Shown one piece after another: positions 1-12,659 of a stretch of 64,000 nt of DNA. Source of the DNA: Camelus ferus (taxonomy: Eukaryota); NCBI RefSeq assembly GCF_009834535.1, contig NC_045697.1, forward strand, positions 77,812,001 to 77,876,000, in the 5' to 3' direction. Each line of letters opens with the position of its first letter. The stretch's first letter is position 1. The notes under the pieces were generated by a model, which saw nothing but the letters and a program-made list of their open reading frames with translations, was not told where the DNA came from and did no database searches. Made by a program: the position numbers and the translations under genes.

Positions 1-158
1 TTGTGCCATATAAAGGAAAAAATCACATGTATTAATAGTTGGCTTGTAAAATATGGTATTTTCTGAACAGCTCCTGTTGAATTATCTCTGCTGAACCTGA
101 CTATCACCTCAGTGGGGTTGTGGCTGTCAGTGCCAGCAGAGCTGCCAAAGAGAATCTG
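1..158 (-). pseudogene. Decayed hAT segment 4, start of the C-terminal dimerisation domain (runs off the left edge)
   Basis: ILFG (144-155), IIQQELFRKY (56-85; ELxxY-like), frameshifted PL.W at 4-16 (DPLxWW-like); correct position in the collinear series. Confidence 0.5.
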
Positions 159-333
159 CAGTATTTTTCAATCGGTTGGCCACCTGAATCAGAATAACCT
201 AAGCTTGTGTTTTAAAAATGCAGATTCCAAGAATTCACCCCAGATCTATTGAATCTCTGTGGGCGAGTTTTGAGAATTTACTATTTTAATAAGCTCCCAG
301 GGGATTCTTATGAAGATTAACATTTGAGAAGTA
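159..333 (+). mobile_element. MER5A-like hAT-Charlie MITE
   Basis: aatcagaataacct...aaaatgcagattcc...taataagctcccaggggattcttatg...tttgagaa resembles the MER5A consensus. Confidence 0.7.
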
Positions 334-424
334 GATTTCAAAACACATGACCACATTTAGATTCAGTACTACTCAGAGGGAGTGAAAATCTGCATATTCT
401 TTATGATGTGCCAATTTTTTCTTG

Positions 425-650
425 TAATTTTTTTCACCAGAATTAAAAAGGTGCACATCTTTCGATACAGCAATTCTATTTCTAGGAATTTATCTCAAGG
501 AATAATTGAGCAAATGTGCAAAGACATGTAAAAAACTATCAATTACAAAATTGGCTGTATTAGCAGAAAAGTTTTAATTTAAATGCTTATCAAGATATTT
601 TGATTAAATAAACTATATATACTTATGTAGGATTATTATGTACAGTGTTC
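425..650 (+). mobile_element. Old L1M 3' fragment
   Basis: cagcaattctatttctaggaatttatctcaagg, typical of the L1 ORF2 end/3' UTR. Confidence 0.55.
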
Positions 651-654
651 TAAA

Positions 655-880
655 CACTTCAAAAGCTATGAGCCATTTAATCCTTTAACATTATGTAATA
701 TAATACAGTATAAAATGTTAATATAATAATAATATTATTACCCCCATTTTACAGATGACAAAGCTGAGGCCCAGAGCAGTTAAGTACTTGTCCCAGATCG
801 CACAGCTAGCACACAGCAGAGCCAGGACACAATGACAGGCAGTTTGTCTCTAGAGTCTGTGGCTTCACACTGCACTGTCT
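655..880 (-). mobile_element. MIR SINE
   Basis: cccattttacagatgacaaagctgaggcccagagcagttaag core. Confidence 0.75.
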
Positions 881-1346
881 GCTTCTCTCAACTTTTTGCT
901 GCCTTCACATAATGATTATATGGAAGAAAGCATTTTACAAAAAATTATGTTTTATATGATCATATTCGTGGTGAAAATGAATATATCTGTATTTTGGAAT
1001 TAAAAATTTTTATGAAAAGGTAAAGAAAATGCATTAGAGTGGGTGCACCGAATTGAAGATAATGATCTGTAAGTGGAATTATAAATGTTCTCTATTTTCC
1101 CCTTTTGTCTCCAGTTGCTTTTCCTTTTTCTTTCTTTTTTTTGGCAGTAATAAACATATACCATTGTTATAAAAAGACAAGTATATGTGCCAGTATGCAA
1201 ATATATTGTAAAGTTTATGTTTTTGTGAGAGTGGCCTTTAAGGATAAGCTGAATTATAAACAGAGAGGAGGAAAAATACATTTTTATATTCCCACATTCT
1301 TCTTCCTCCATAAGAGTTCACTGTGTTTCTAGCAGGTCTGTCTTCT

Positions 1347-2096
1347 TGTTAGAGCAGGCAGAGAGCTAGATACGAGTAGAGAAATGGGGACGCAGCCAAA
1401 TGGCAGGAATTGGGCAGAAAGAAGGGGCACAGGCCAAATACAGGAAACCATACATCATGTAAACACAGGGATCCCTGGGCAGAGAAAGAAAAGCAGGAAC
1501 CTTTGGGCTGATAAGTCGTCACACCTTTTGGGGATGAAAAGCAGCCCAGAGACTTACAGAGAAAGGTAGGAAAAGGCAGGAATCTCCAGTGTCTGAATGT
1601 AACCTTTTGCTCATTATGCCCTCATTTCAATAAAATTCGCCTTGCAGATTAGAAGTACTCATCATGCTCCAACTCCATGACACTTCTGATCCAGACTAAA
1701 TAAGGACAAAATCCCTCCTCCCTTCAGGAAGGTGGAGTTGGGATGAAAATCAGGGACTATGACCCCAAACCCTTCCGTTCTCAGTGAATACTCCACCCAT
1801 TCATCTTTACACCTTATGTAACCAACTTGCCAAAGAACTCAGGGCAGCTTCTCACCTGAGCCTGCCCGCTCTCCCCTTAAGAGTATAATTCTGTTGTGAG
1901 CCTGAAACTGCTCTAAAAGAATAAAGTCTATTAAATAAATAAATAAATAATTGCATACAATTAAAAAAAAAAAAAAGAGTATACTATCTACCCCTTAATA
2001 AATCCCCACTTTACTTTCTTAACCTTCATGTCTTGTCTCTGAATTATGTCTGGGATGGGACAAGAGCCTGGACACCAGTTACATCTACCAGCAACA
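1347..2096 (+). mobile_element. ERV1-type solo LTR (~750 bp including nested insert)
   Basis: TGTT...AACA termini; 4-bp TSD TTCT (1343-1346 / 2097-2100); AATAAA near 2000. Confidence 0.75.
1888..1974 (+). mobile_element. Short L1-type 3'-end insertion nested in the LTR
   Basis: TSD AAGAGTATA (1879-1887 / 1975-1983); TT|AAGA endonuclease-like site; gcctgaaactgctctaaaagaataaagtc; A tail. Confidence 0.75.
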
Positions 2097-3269
2097 TTCT
2101 CAGGCTTCTTTTTCATGATCAAGCTAATAAAAGGGGCTTTGTTTTTCTTTATTACTAATTTCATTTTCTATTTAAATCTTTCTTTTTCTCCACCAGAAAG
2201 TGATAAGTTTTCTCTTTCTAAATAAATAATGTTCTTTGCCTCATCTATAAACCCGAATGTTACGTGTTAATTTCATTAAATTATCTTAGGTCTTTTAAGG
2301 AGCCAACCTTATTCAGAACTATCTGAATTGTATGTGTTGATAAACCAATCAGTTATGATTCAGTCCAAGATGACAAAATTTAGAAGGGTCTCAAGGTGGA
2401 TGTTACACCAAACTCTGGGCCAAGTTAATGTTCGATTAACTAAACACTATGATTGAAGTGCTTCTGGAACTTATTTTACTTTAGTACAGGCACGTAGAAT
2501 TAGTGTTCTCTCTTTTTTTTTAATAAATGTCATTATTCTTCAAAAAGAACCTGATAAGGCAAGGTGAGCCATTTGTTTTCTGAAGATTTAAATTCTGAAT
2601 CATTGTATGTTTTTCTGATTAAGTTATTTTAATTGACCATATTGTTTTTAAATGTGAGACTGGCTTATTCATCCAAAATTTACTGTTAAGTCACATCAAC
2701 TTTTTAAAAAGTTGAAGCAAATGAAAACTCAAAATAGATTTGAAGTCATGATAATAAAACAAGATATACTTTTGAGCAACAATCTATCATTTCTCTGGAA
2801 ATTTAAATCGACATTTTTGTCTCAGCAAACATCTAATTCTAGTAGAATTAAAAATTAAAAAGTCACATATCTAATCTGAGCTATAATTGTTTATCTGCAA
2901 ATATAAGAACTCTGTCATGTGAAATAAAATCAGCTTCTTTTTCTTGTTTCAAGGAAGCATCCTTTCTTTATCCAAAATTAGTACAAAAAGAATAATCAAG
3001 GCCAAAAAATAATCCCTTGTGGGCTTCCAATATTTTAGCAAAATGTTAAGTATTAACTTATTAACTTTCTTCCTGAATAAGATTTTTCTGAAATTCATTG
3101 ACTTACTACGTATTTTCCTACCACTATCATTTTGATAACATTATCTGTTCCTGTTTTAAATCTAACACATTAACAAACATTATTGTTAAGCATAGAAAAC
3201 TATTTATGGTATGACTATAATGTTTATAAGCACACATAAAATTGCACAATCTAAAATATTCTAAATAAT

Positions 3270-3408
3270 TTGCAATGAACAATAAATTGATGAAAAGCAT
3301 TTCAGGTGATTGTATTTAGGATCAAAGTCTCCAGCATTCCCATAAGGTCAAGAAGTAGTTACTGGATGAGCTCCAAAGGATCTCAACAGATACTGGTGGG
3401 TAATTACA
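3270..3408 (-). pseudogene. Decayed hAT/ZBED-like transposase segment 3 (LDPRxK motif)
   Basis: Acceptor ttttattatttacag ending at 3409, then one frame reads VITHQYLLRSFGAHPVTTS*PYGNAGDFDPKYNHLKCFS (DPKY at 3312-3323), alignable by eye to ZBED1 VIAKELSKTYQETP...ATFLDPRYKRLPFLS. Confidence 0.65.
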
Positions 3409-5899
3409 CTGTAAATAATAAAATATATTGCTTGGCCTTTTATTGTACAGTGTCCTTCTATTTTGAACATATAAACCAACCTCACCTCAAATTCTAACCT
3501 TGCTATTTCACCTGCCATAAAAAGTACTTATTCTTAGCAATATGTAAGCATATGTTACTTAAATAATTAAAGGAAAATGGACTCAAATATTTAAATCAAA
3601 TCCATTAGTTATAGGTAGCCTACTCAATGGTATAATTGAGGGGAAATTCAGATTTATTGCTGTAAGCAGGAAAAACTGCCCTAAAAATTTTGGCTGATTT
3701 TTGGGTTCAAATGGTTTTTGAAGTTGTTTGTGATTATCTACAGTTATACACTAAGTTGATACACACAAAAGCAACATCGTAGAATGGAAAATTAACTAGC
3801 TTGTGGGTCAGAGTATCTTTTTGACTCTCTTCTCTTCATGTCCTCATGTATAAAATGTGGACAATGATACTAATCTCTCAGGATTACTGGGAGGTGGTAA
3901 ATAATGCAGGGGAAATTGCCTGCCACATAATCAATTCACAATAGATGTTAGCTTCTTTTTCCCTTGAATGATGAACCTAAGTGAAATATTTACTAACTTC
4001 TCAATGCAACAGAATTTTTTCACTCATTCCTCAAATATTTATTGAACAAGTAAGGGTTTAGGGATGAAAACAGATATCACTCAATATATTCCAAGTATGA
4101 ACATATTTAATGCCAGGAATTAGAGGCTTACACAATGGTTGGAAGATAACCAAGGTTAGGGAAGCTGGTAGTGAATATTTCAAACTGTAGCACCCCAGGG
4201 TTCTTATGGGCTTGCACCAAAGACTATCTGACTGTTAAAGAACCTCCAGGAGGGTCCCACTGACCCCTCAGGCTGCAGGGCTGATGCAGATGATTCTTAG
4301 GAAGCTCATCTGGAAGCTGCTTAGAGCCTCAGAAATGCTTGGTATCTGCCTGCAACTGCCTCCAGAAAATAATGGCCTCTTCTCTTCTAAACCTTGTGTT
4401 AGTGCCTCCCTTTGCAACAGGATTCTGGGAAATGTAGTTCTCAACTTCTCTCACAATGGAGACCTTAGAGGGGTGGCAGTGATGCCAAGCTGAGCCCAGA
4501 TGAACCGGCACACCCACTAAGTGCAAGGCAGGGGGCTCCATGTTTTGGGGAACACAGTGATGATTCACATGTGGATTTCTTACTCTGCTCCCAATCTCGC
4601 AGGCATGATAAGACATGTGAATAAAAACAATTGTTCAAGGCAGACCTCTCAGACGCATATGTAGGGACAAGACTGGGCAATTCATAGAAAGAGATGGTTT
4701 CCAGCTGGGAAAGAGAATCAGGGAAGACTTCAAGGAATGGGTATACTTTAGATTGAGCTTTGAAGAACCAGTAAGTTTGAGGTATAAGAAAACATGGAAA
4801 AGCAGGGAATTCCAGGGGCATGAAAATGCATGAAAAGAGGTACAGAAATAGAAAATAACATAGTGAGTATTGGGAACACTAAGTGATGTTATTAAACTGA
4901 AGACAGGTGTTCTTGAAAAGAAGCAAATTGGAGAGGATATCCCAGAAAGTAGTTTTTGTTCAATCTTCAGACACTATTGACAAATACAAGTTTAAAATCT
5001 TCTTAATAGGAAATGGAGAGGAATTTGAGATTTTTGAGAATATCATGATCAGACTGCCCCATGAGAATGAATCCTCTGAAAACTGTTGCAGGCATTATGC
5101 TATCCCTGTAGGACATCTGCTAAACCAGGATGGGCATTGCAGCCCCAGAAGGCGTGCAGGATTCAGTGCGCACAACCATAGGCAGGCACCCTGTTAATCC
5201 TCCACTTCATAGGTTGATAGAAGAAACTGAGGTTCAGAAAGGTTATGGAACTAAGACCATACAGTTGATGGAATTTGAGGCTTATGGATTTTGATTCCAA
5301 AGCTAAAATAGTTTCCACATAACTTACTATTTCCTACTGCTCCCCCCACCCTCAGTCCAACCAAATTTAAAAAAAGAAAATTCCTTCAGATATTTTCTGC
5401 TCCCTTTTTCTAACTGTATGGATCTTGCCCTGAAATCCTGAGAAATAATAAGAGGGTAGTAAAATTTGCTCCAACTAAAGATCAAGCTTACAACCCAGGT
5501 CTTCTTTCATATACATATTACAGTATAAATATTGCACAGTTTTGCATAATAAGAGAAGAGGAGATTTTGAAAATTACTCCTTATTCAAATATAATGTGAA
5601 TGAAACTTATTTACCCAATGCCCTGGTTCTCATTCAACCAATGCCCTGTCAATCCATGTCTTTTTGCTGTAAGAATGATTTTGGGTTAAAGTTGATCATT
5701 TGCTTAGTGGATTATCCAAATAATTAAAAACTATTTAGTTTTCACTTATATAAGCATTACAATCCCATCATGAAGTTCAAGATGAACTAATCTCCTGTTT
5801 TGAAGAAGTTTACCATCTGAAACTGTGCCCCAAAACATTTCTGACCTCATTTATCAAGATTTCCCTCCCCATTGGCTCTTTTGACTCTGTGCCCCAAGA

Positions 5900-6245
5900 T
5901 TTCTCACTTCATGATAGTTTCTCTATCTAAAGTGCTCATCACCTTATCCCAAAATTCTACTCATCTTTTAAGTCTTAATATAAATTCTGTTTTCCCCATG
6001 AAGCCTTTGTTTGTCCAATGCCCACCATCACCCCTCTGAACTCTCCTTCTCTGATACTCCCACAGCACTTGAAGTCACTCTGGAGAAATGTCTATTCACA
6101 TTTTAGTTATTTATGGATGTAGTGTATCTTACTTACTGGTCTGTAAGATCTAGGAGGGCAAGCCTGTGTTGAACTTATCTTTGAATGCCTTCTCACCATT
6201 TAGAAGAATATCTTAATGTAGGAATCATTCAATACAAATTTGTTA
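5900..6245 (+). mobile_element. L2 3' fragment
   Basis: ctgtaagatctaggagggcaag...gtaggaatcattcaatacaaatttgtt. Confidence 0.55.
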
Positions 6246-6249
6246 TGCT

Positions 6250-6580
6250 TGGGAGCATCAGTTTGGCTCTTCCACATCCACTCTCTATCCTCCACCTGTT
6301 CAGTGCCCCAGGGAACTAAGTTGGATTTGGTCGAAGAGGATGAGCGGGAGGGAAGTGAGGTTGAGGTATTTATTCTCCAACTTTTTCTCAGTGGCTACTA
6401 GAAGTTAGCCCTTCCCTTTGTTAAAGAGCACAGCTTTTTAAAAGCAGTGCTTTCCCATAGCTTCAGGTTTCAGCAGCTACCCATGTCCTTCAGTCCTTTT
6501 AGGCTCAGAAATGTAACGAGTCCCCATCCTAATGGCCTGAGGTACTGCTCCATCCCTTATGGTTTTTCTATTCCCTGGCC
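6250..6580. mobile_element. ERVL LTR16-like fragment
   Basis: ggaagtgaggttgaggtatttattctcc...ttcagtccttttaggctcag; similar to the element at 8345-9160. Confidence 0.45.
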
Positions 6581-6919
6581 AGAGCTGGGGTGCAGGTAGA
6601 AATAAGGAACTTAGGAATAAGAAATAAAGAACATGAGTGTTCAAGGATAAGAGATTGAAACAGAATCTGTAGAACAGAAATTGCACATGGCTGTTTATTT
6701 TTTCATAACCAAGGCCAAACTCCCTAAGGAATTAGCACATCTACCTTAAATTTGCTACCTGAGACCAAGATTAAAATGGCTCCTAATTCTTTTGTCAGCA
6801 GTATACAATGAGCTGTGGTAAAGAATAAAATTATGCTTGCTTCTTTAACTGCTTTCTATAACTCAGACTCTCACTCTGTCAGGCTGGACTTGTCTACCAT
6901 TGAAATGAATAAAAAATAA

Positions 6920-7125
6920 AAATAGTAAATACTTAGTATGGCACTGTATTATGTGCCAGGCTCTGGTCTGAGCAATTCACAAAACAACGCATTTAACATT
7001 TACAACAACTCCATAAGTTAGGTACTAGTATTTTTTCATTTTACACATGAGAATCTGAGGCTCAGAGAGATTAAATAACTGGCCTAACATCACACAGCCA
7101 ATACCCGACAGGCAGTTTGGCTTGA
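6920..7125 (-). mobile_element. MIR SINE
   Basis: cattttacacatgagaatctgaggctcagagagattaaataactggcc. Confidence 0.75.
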
Positions 7126-7324
7126 GTTAGTTCGTTCAATCATATTTGAGGAGGGGTAGGGTTTCAACATATGTATTTGGGGGGAACACAGATATTCAGT
7201 CCATGAGAACAGGTGGGTCTGATGCATAAATAGAATTAAGAACCACCATATTCTGTGTAGTGTTTGTAAAGATATAGAAACATTCCTTCTTAATTACACA
7301 AACATTAAATGAAATTTTCATTGA

Positions 7325-7800
7325 ACGAGTCAAACAATATAGAAGTATATGGAGCAAAACAAATATACATTTCCTATTTCAGGTTTTTCTGGCACACAAT
7401 CTTATGTCCACTGATCATAACAGTTCTGTGACTGATAATCAGATTGGTTAAAAGGTAAGATGGTGATTCTGCTAAGATGGATTGCATATATCCACTGGGA
7501 GAGCACTTTGTATCTTTGTGTATCCCGTCCCCTCCACGACTGATATCATTCTCTCTCATATTCAAAAGCTCCTTCTGATTGTGCAGTGCACAGGCAAGGC
7601 TGTGGAATCTCCTTGTGGCTCATAGCAGGTTCCTTCATGATTTGTCCCTTACTTGGTCATTCTAGGCAGGACCTGCTGCTGTTTGTAGAACTGCCTCCTT
7701 TCCTCATGGGCTGCCTGTAAGTTTGGCTTAAAATAACTTACATTTCCTCTGACTTTGGCAAGATATATTGATCAATCTCCCCCAGGGTCTCCAGCCTTTT
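7325..7800 (-). pseudogene. Decayed hAT/ZBED-like transposase segment 2 (insertion domain)
   Basis: LAKVRGNVSYFK (7727-7762), QFYKQQQ, TR/DST (7601-7616; TRWxST-like), LHNQKELL (7563-7586), SQWIYAIHLSRITILPFNQ (7444-7500; cf. ZBED1 SEW...LLQPFKQ), TVMISGHK, LLHILL; acceptor-like ctcctcaacag ending at 7801. Confidence 0.75.
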
Positions 7801-8344
7801 CTGTTGAGGAGCTAATTTTGATTTTTCTGAAACTTAAGGGTCATCACCCCACCCTGAGACTCGGGATGGAGAGAATGGGGTACAGGACACATAAAGTCAC
7901 CCACAGGGAAACCTTGACTGTACTTTAACCTGATTCAGGCAGCTGCGTGCCATACAGTCTTCCTTACAGGATTTCCCAAGCACCAAGGGGAGAGGATGGA
8001 GGCTCCTGCAGCCAGCTTAGAGACTGATCCAGTAAGGGTTCAGGAAGAGCCAGATGTTCCCTAATGACTGACTAGCTCATCCTAATTCAGTGACTGTTGG
8101 TCTCCTATAATTCATTCATTCTTTGAAGAAGGTCCTCTGGTACGATGTTATGGTGTTTCTTTAACCAGCACTATCTGGTCAACAAAACAAACAAATACAC
8201 CTTGTTAAAAGTCTTTCCAAGAAGTAACAAAGAGGCTGAAAAGTACTATTATCTACAAAATAAGGTAGAAAAACTGAACAAGGGAGAGTTTCCATGCCCC
8301 ATCCAGAGTCCCCAAATATGCAGGAGACCTTATATGCCTCTCCA

Positions 8345-9160
8345 GATACATTCTCCACCTTTCCCACTGCTCTGTGCCATGGGACACTCATCTGGATGGG
8401 CACATCATTACTTCTGGATGGAGACAGCCCACGGAGACCACTGGCAGAAGGTCAGAAAGAAGCACAGTGAGGTTGAAGTATTTGTTCCCTTAGATCCCTC
8501 CTTTTGGGGTCCCCAGGGACAAGCTGCACCCAGAAACCAAAGGTCACAATGCCAGTTAGGTGGCCCTGTCTACATAGCTCTTTTTTTCTTTTTCTTTTTC
8601 TTTTTCTAAAATTGAAGTATAGTTGGCTTACAATGTTGTATTAGTTTCTGGTGTACAGCAAAGTGATTCAGTTATATACATGTATCTATATTCTTTTTCA
8701 TTTTGGTTTATTACAAGATATTTAATGTAGTTCCCTGTGTTATACAGTAGAATCTTGTTTATCTTTTTTATATATAGTAGTTTGTATCTGCTAATCCCAA
8801 ACTCCTAATTTATCCCTCCTCCACCCCCTTTCCCCTTTGGTAACCATAAGTTCGCTTTCTATGTCTGTCTGTTTCTGTTTCCTAAATAAGTTCATTTGTG
8901 TCATATTTTACATTCCACATGTAAGTGATATCATATGGTCACGGCTCTCTTTTTCTTCAAATTTTCTCCAGCTCGTCCCTCTCCTCTCCCTTTCAGCCCT
9001 TGAGGGTAGCAGAGCCCTACTGTTGTGACACTGCAGTACAGCACTCTCCCTGGTAACTTCTCTACACGCTGCTTATGCCTTTGTAAAGCATCCCTTTATT
9101 AACTCCTCTTCTTAAATTACCCTGTTTCGGTGTGACATTTCTGTCTGCTGGGACCCACAT
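8345..9160. mobile_element. ERVL LTR16-like element interrupted by an L1 3' end
   Basis: tgaggttgaagtatttgttccc, cctttgtaaagcatccctttattaactcctct; L1 insert ~8581-8942. Confidence 0.5.
8581..8942 (-). mobile_element. Artiodactyl-type L1 3' end
   Basis: T-rich tail then attgaagtatagttggcttacaatgttgtattagtttctggtgtacagcaaagtgattcagt; imperfect TSD gctctYtttttctt. Confidence 0.8.
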
Positions 9161-9559
9161 AAAGCAAATAGAGGACATCTTTGTAATTCTCAAAAATAGC
9201 ACAACAATGCTTGAAGAAAAAATAGCCTTTTAGATTATATAAAGTAGGTAGGCTGGAAGGATGGGCAACAATATTCTCTCTGTATGAATCCCAGAAAGAC
9301 ATGCCGATGTGGCTCTCACAAGCTCTATTCTTCTAACCACAGCTGAAGAAACCTTCCCCTTTATGGATACCAGTCCCCAACATGACTTAGCTATTCATTT
9401 ATCCTGAAATCAAATTCTCAGATTTCAGTAACTGCACTTTAGTCAGCCAACTACAGAGGAGTCCACTTTTAAAATTACCTTTTCTCATTTTTATTGATGA
9501 GTATATTAAAATAACAAATGTTTTGGTTTCTAAAAACAACAATAAAAAACCAGAATTAT

Positions 9560-11505
9560 CTACAAAATCATAACTTTGAGAGTTGAGGTAAGGAGGCAAC
9601 CAAGGGAAATGAACTCCAGAGGGAAAAGCCTCTCTGAGAGACAAGGATACACAAACTGACTCATCTTTGGCAAAGCATAGGGGGAGGGAGGTAGAGAGGG
9701 GTTCCAATAGAAGTGAGTAAGAAAAAAATCAGAAAAAAAAAATGAACAAATTCTTAAAGGCTGACGGTCAGCATATCAACAGGAACAACAGAACAACAGG
9801 AAGTGCCAGGCATAGGGAAGGTTGTATTCACTTGCATGCTTTCCTGGCAAGCCTCCACCAGAAGCTTGCAAGGGAGATTAAGGGCCAGGCAGGAGATGAG
9901 AACAAGCCCCCCTCAATGGCACAGGACTGCACTGGTGACCTGGCGACTCTGAGGGACAGGCACAAAACACTGCCTGCTTCCATGGATCCTCCTCTCATAA
10001 AAAGCTTAAGCTGCTGAAGGAAGGGCAGCAGACATTCTCACTCCTAGGACATTTGGGGAGGGGGTAGCAAATCTTCCTGCCCCCAAGAACTAGGCACAGA
10101 CCCGTTGCTTCTGTAGGGAGGGCAGAAACAGAAGATACCTTCCCTTGGGCCAGTATTCTGCAACAATAAAAAGTAGAGGTTTGCTCTTGTTGGGGGAGGG
10201 GAAGGAATATTTCTCCTACCTAAACCCCACCACAGATTCAAGGCAAGGTTTGGCTGCCGCAGAAGAAAAGGGAATGACTACCCAGAAGGACACACTTTTG
10301 AAGTCTAGGTACACTTCCTGAGACTGAGGCTGGACCAGGAAAACCAAGCACTTTCCCTGCCCTCACTACAAGTCCACCACTGAGTAATAAGCAACAGCAA
10401 CTAGGAAAGGGGCAAGATCATGGACTGAGGCAGGTAAGCAAGAGTGAGTGAAGGTGGAGAAGAAATACCAAGAAAAACCCTCAGTACCCCAAGCCCCACA
10501 CAAAGGACAAGGTAATGACAAGCCACTGCAGGAAGAATTTGAAGCCTCTCATTTCACTGAGGGTAACAATAGCAATAACAAAACCTAAATCTTGCTTAAA
10601 TACTGACTAGATTGATTCAATATCCCATGTTAATAGCCTAACAGAAGAAGAGGGACTATTTCTAGATCTGATGCTATTTACCTCAAGGTCTATTGTTCTT
10701 CAAAACATAATGTACTTAATGTACTAAAAAAAATTATGAGACTCAAAATAGCAAGGAAAAATTGATACATTGTAGAGATAAATCAATCAACAGAATCAGA
10801 CGCAATGACCCAGATGTTGGACTTCACATAAGGACTTTAAAATAACTATGAATAATTTGGAAAAGTATATTGTGGAAAAGGTGGGTAACATGCACAAACA
10901 GATGGGGAATCTCAGAAAGGAAATGGAAACTATAAAAAATGCCAAATCGAAAAAAATTGTGATATAAGAGATTAAGAATTGCTCTAATAAGCACAGCTGA
11001 GGAAAGAATTGGTGACTTTAAAGATACGAAAATGGAAATTATCTGAAATTAAACCCAAATATACAAAAAGAGTGATAAAACAGAAAAGAGCATCCAAGAG
11101 CTGTGAGACAGCAGACTAACGTGGATACAAATAGATTTCTACAAAGAAGAGAGAGAACAAGGAAGAATTATTTAAAGAGATAATGCCCAAATTTTCTGAA
11201 ATGACAACCTACAAACCTAAAAAGCACAGAGAACCTTGAGCAGGATAAATACACACACACACACACACACACAAACACACACATAGCATGTCATAGTCAA
11301 ACAGCTGAAAAAAAAATAAAGAGAAAAATTTCAATGCAACCAGCAGGAAAAAAATATTACATAGACAATAACAAAGAGAAGACTGACAACAGACTTTTTG
11401 TCAGAAATTGTGTAATCAAAGGACAGTAGAACAGTATCTTAGAAATGGTGCTGAAAGATAAAAGCTGTCTATCCGGTGAAAATGACTTTCAAAAATGAAG
11501 GGGAA
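9560..11505 (+). mobile_element. Old L1M 5' UTR + ORF1 remnant
   Basis: gacccagatgttggac...aggactttaaaataactatg...gaaatggaaactataaaa; ORF1-like A-rich sequence; (CA)n at ~11250-11283. Confidence 0.65.
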
Positions 11506-12659
11506 AACTATCTAAATCAATAGAGTTTTCTTTTGGCATTTACATATAGCCACTGAAAATTCACAACATTTGCCACACTGTACTGCATAACGTACTTATA
11601 TACTTGTACCCTATCCTGCGTTATGATCTACTCAAGGACAGAGACATTCGTTTATTTTTTTCTCTAGCACCAGATACAGTGCCTGGCACCCAGAATGTTC
11701 TCAGTAAGTGTTTCTGATTGACCAAATCAACTTAAATTTAAGTCCTAAGGTAGATAATTTAAACAACACTTATTAAACAGGTATATACAATGCCTACCAT
11801 GTGCAAAGCAACATCTGTTAAACTGGGAGTTAAAACATTTACTGAGATGTTCCCAGAATTTTTGAGTATAAACAATGTCTTTCTATCTTACCATCACTAC
11901 TACTACTATTACTACTACCTTAATATATTATGTCCATGTTATACAGAGCATAGTACAATGTGATCTAGCAACAAATAGGCATAGGAAAGGTAGGATTTCC
12001 TTCTGCATAAGATTATCAGTCTAAGAAAAGAGTACAGAAAATATCTAGGCTATCTCTACACATTTTGAAACAATAACAGTTAAATTAGTAAGTTGAGATA
12101 ATATCCAACAATGTGATAGTCATAGGAGTGGTCTGTGTTTCTGTTATTTGCAGTATAGGATATTCTAATTCAACCAATTATTCAAGTTGAAGTGCTTCAG
12201 AAATTGTATTACCCCTAGTTCTGCATAACACGTGAAAAAGGGCAGGGTAATAGGAATGATAAAATGGTAAAATCACCAAAAGTTATATATTACAATTGTG
12301 TATGCATCTAGGCATACACATATAAAGTTTCAGTCTCCTTGGTGTTAATCATACATTTTCAGTTGTATTATATGATTTATGCAAAATTGAATATAACTAT
12401 ACATTTATATTAATACATGATTAATAATTTAAGTAGCTTTCAAGATCACACATTTATACGGTTATTGAGTATTATTTTGTACCAAGTAGTGCGCTATCTT
12501 AATGTTAGATGCTGTTACTAACAAGCCTAGAAGGTAAATATTCCATTGTATTAAAAACATGCAGAGCAAATGATTTGATTTGTTAAATGAAAATATGTCT
12601 ATATGCATACTTGTACACATTAATAAACAGAACACAATATTAGGACAATTTTAAAACCT

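Noticed and set aside
2696..2715. Perfect 20-bp palindrome TCAACTTTTTAAAAAGTTGA
   Set aside because: Low-complexity T5A5 core in AT-rich DNA with no associated feature.
7715..7721. Acceptor-like cttacag on the minus strand
   Set aside because: hAT similarity (LAKVRGNVSYFKPNLQAA) reads straight through it, so it lies within the coding remnant.
8145..8609. 154-aa + strand ORF
   Set aside because: Runs through LTR16-like sequence into an L1 T-tract; spurious.
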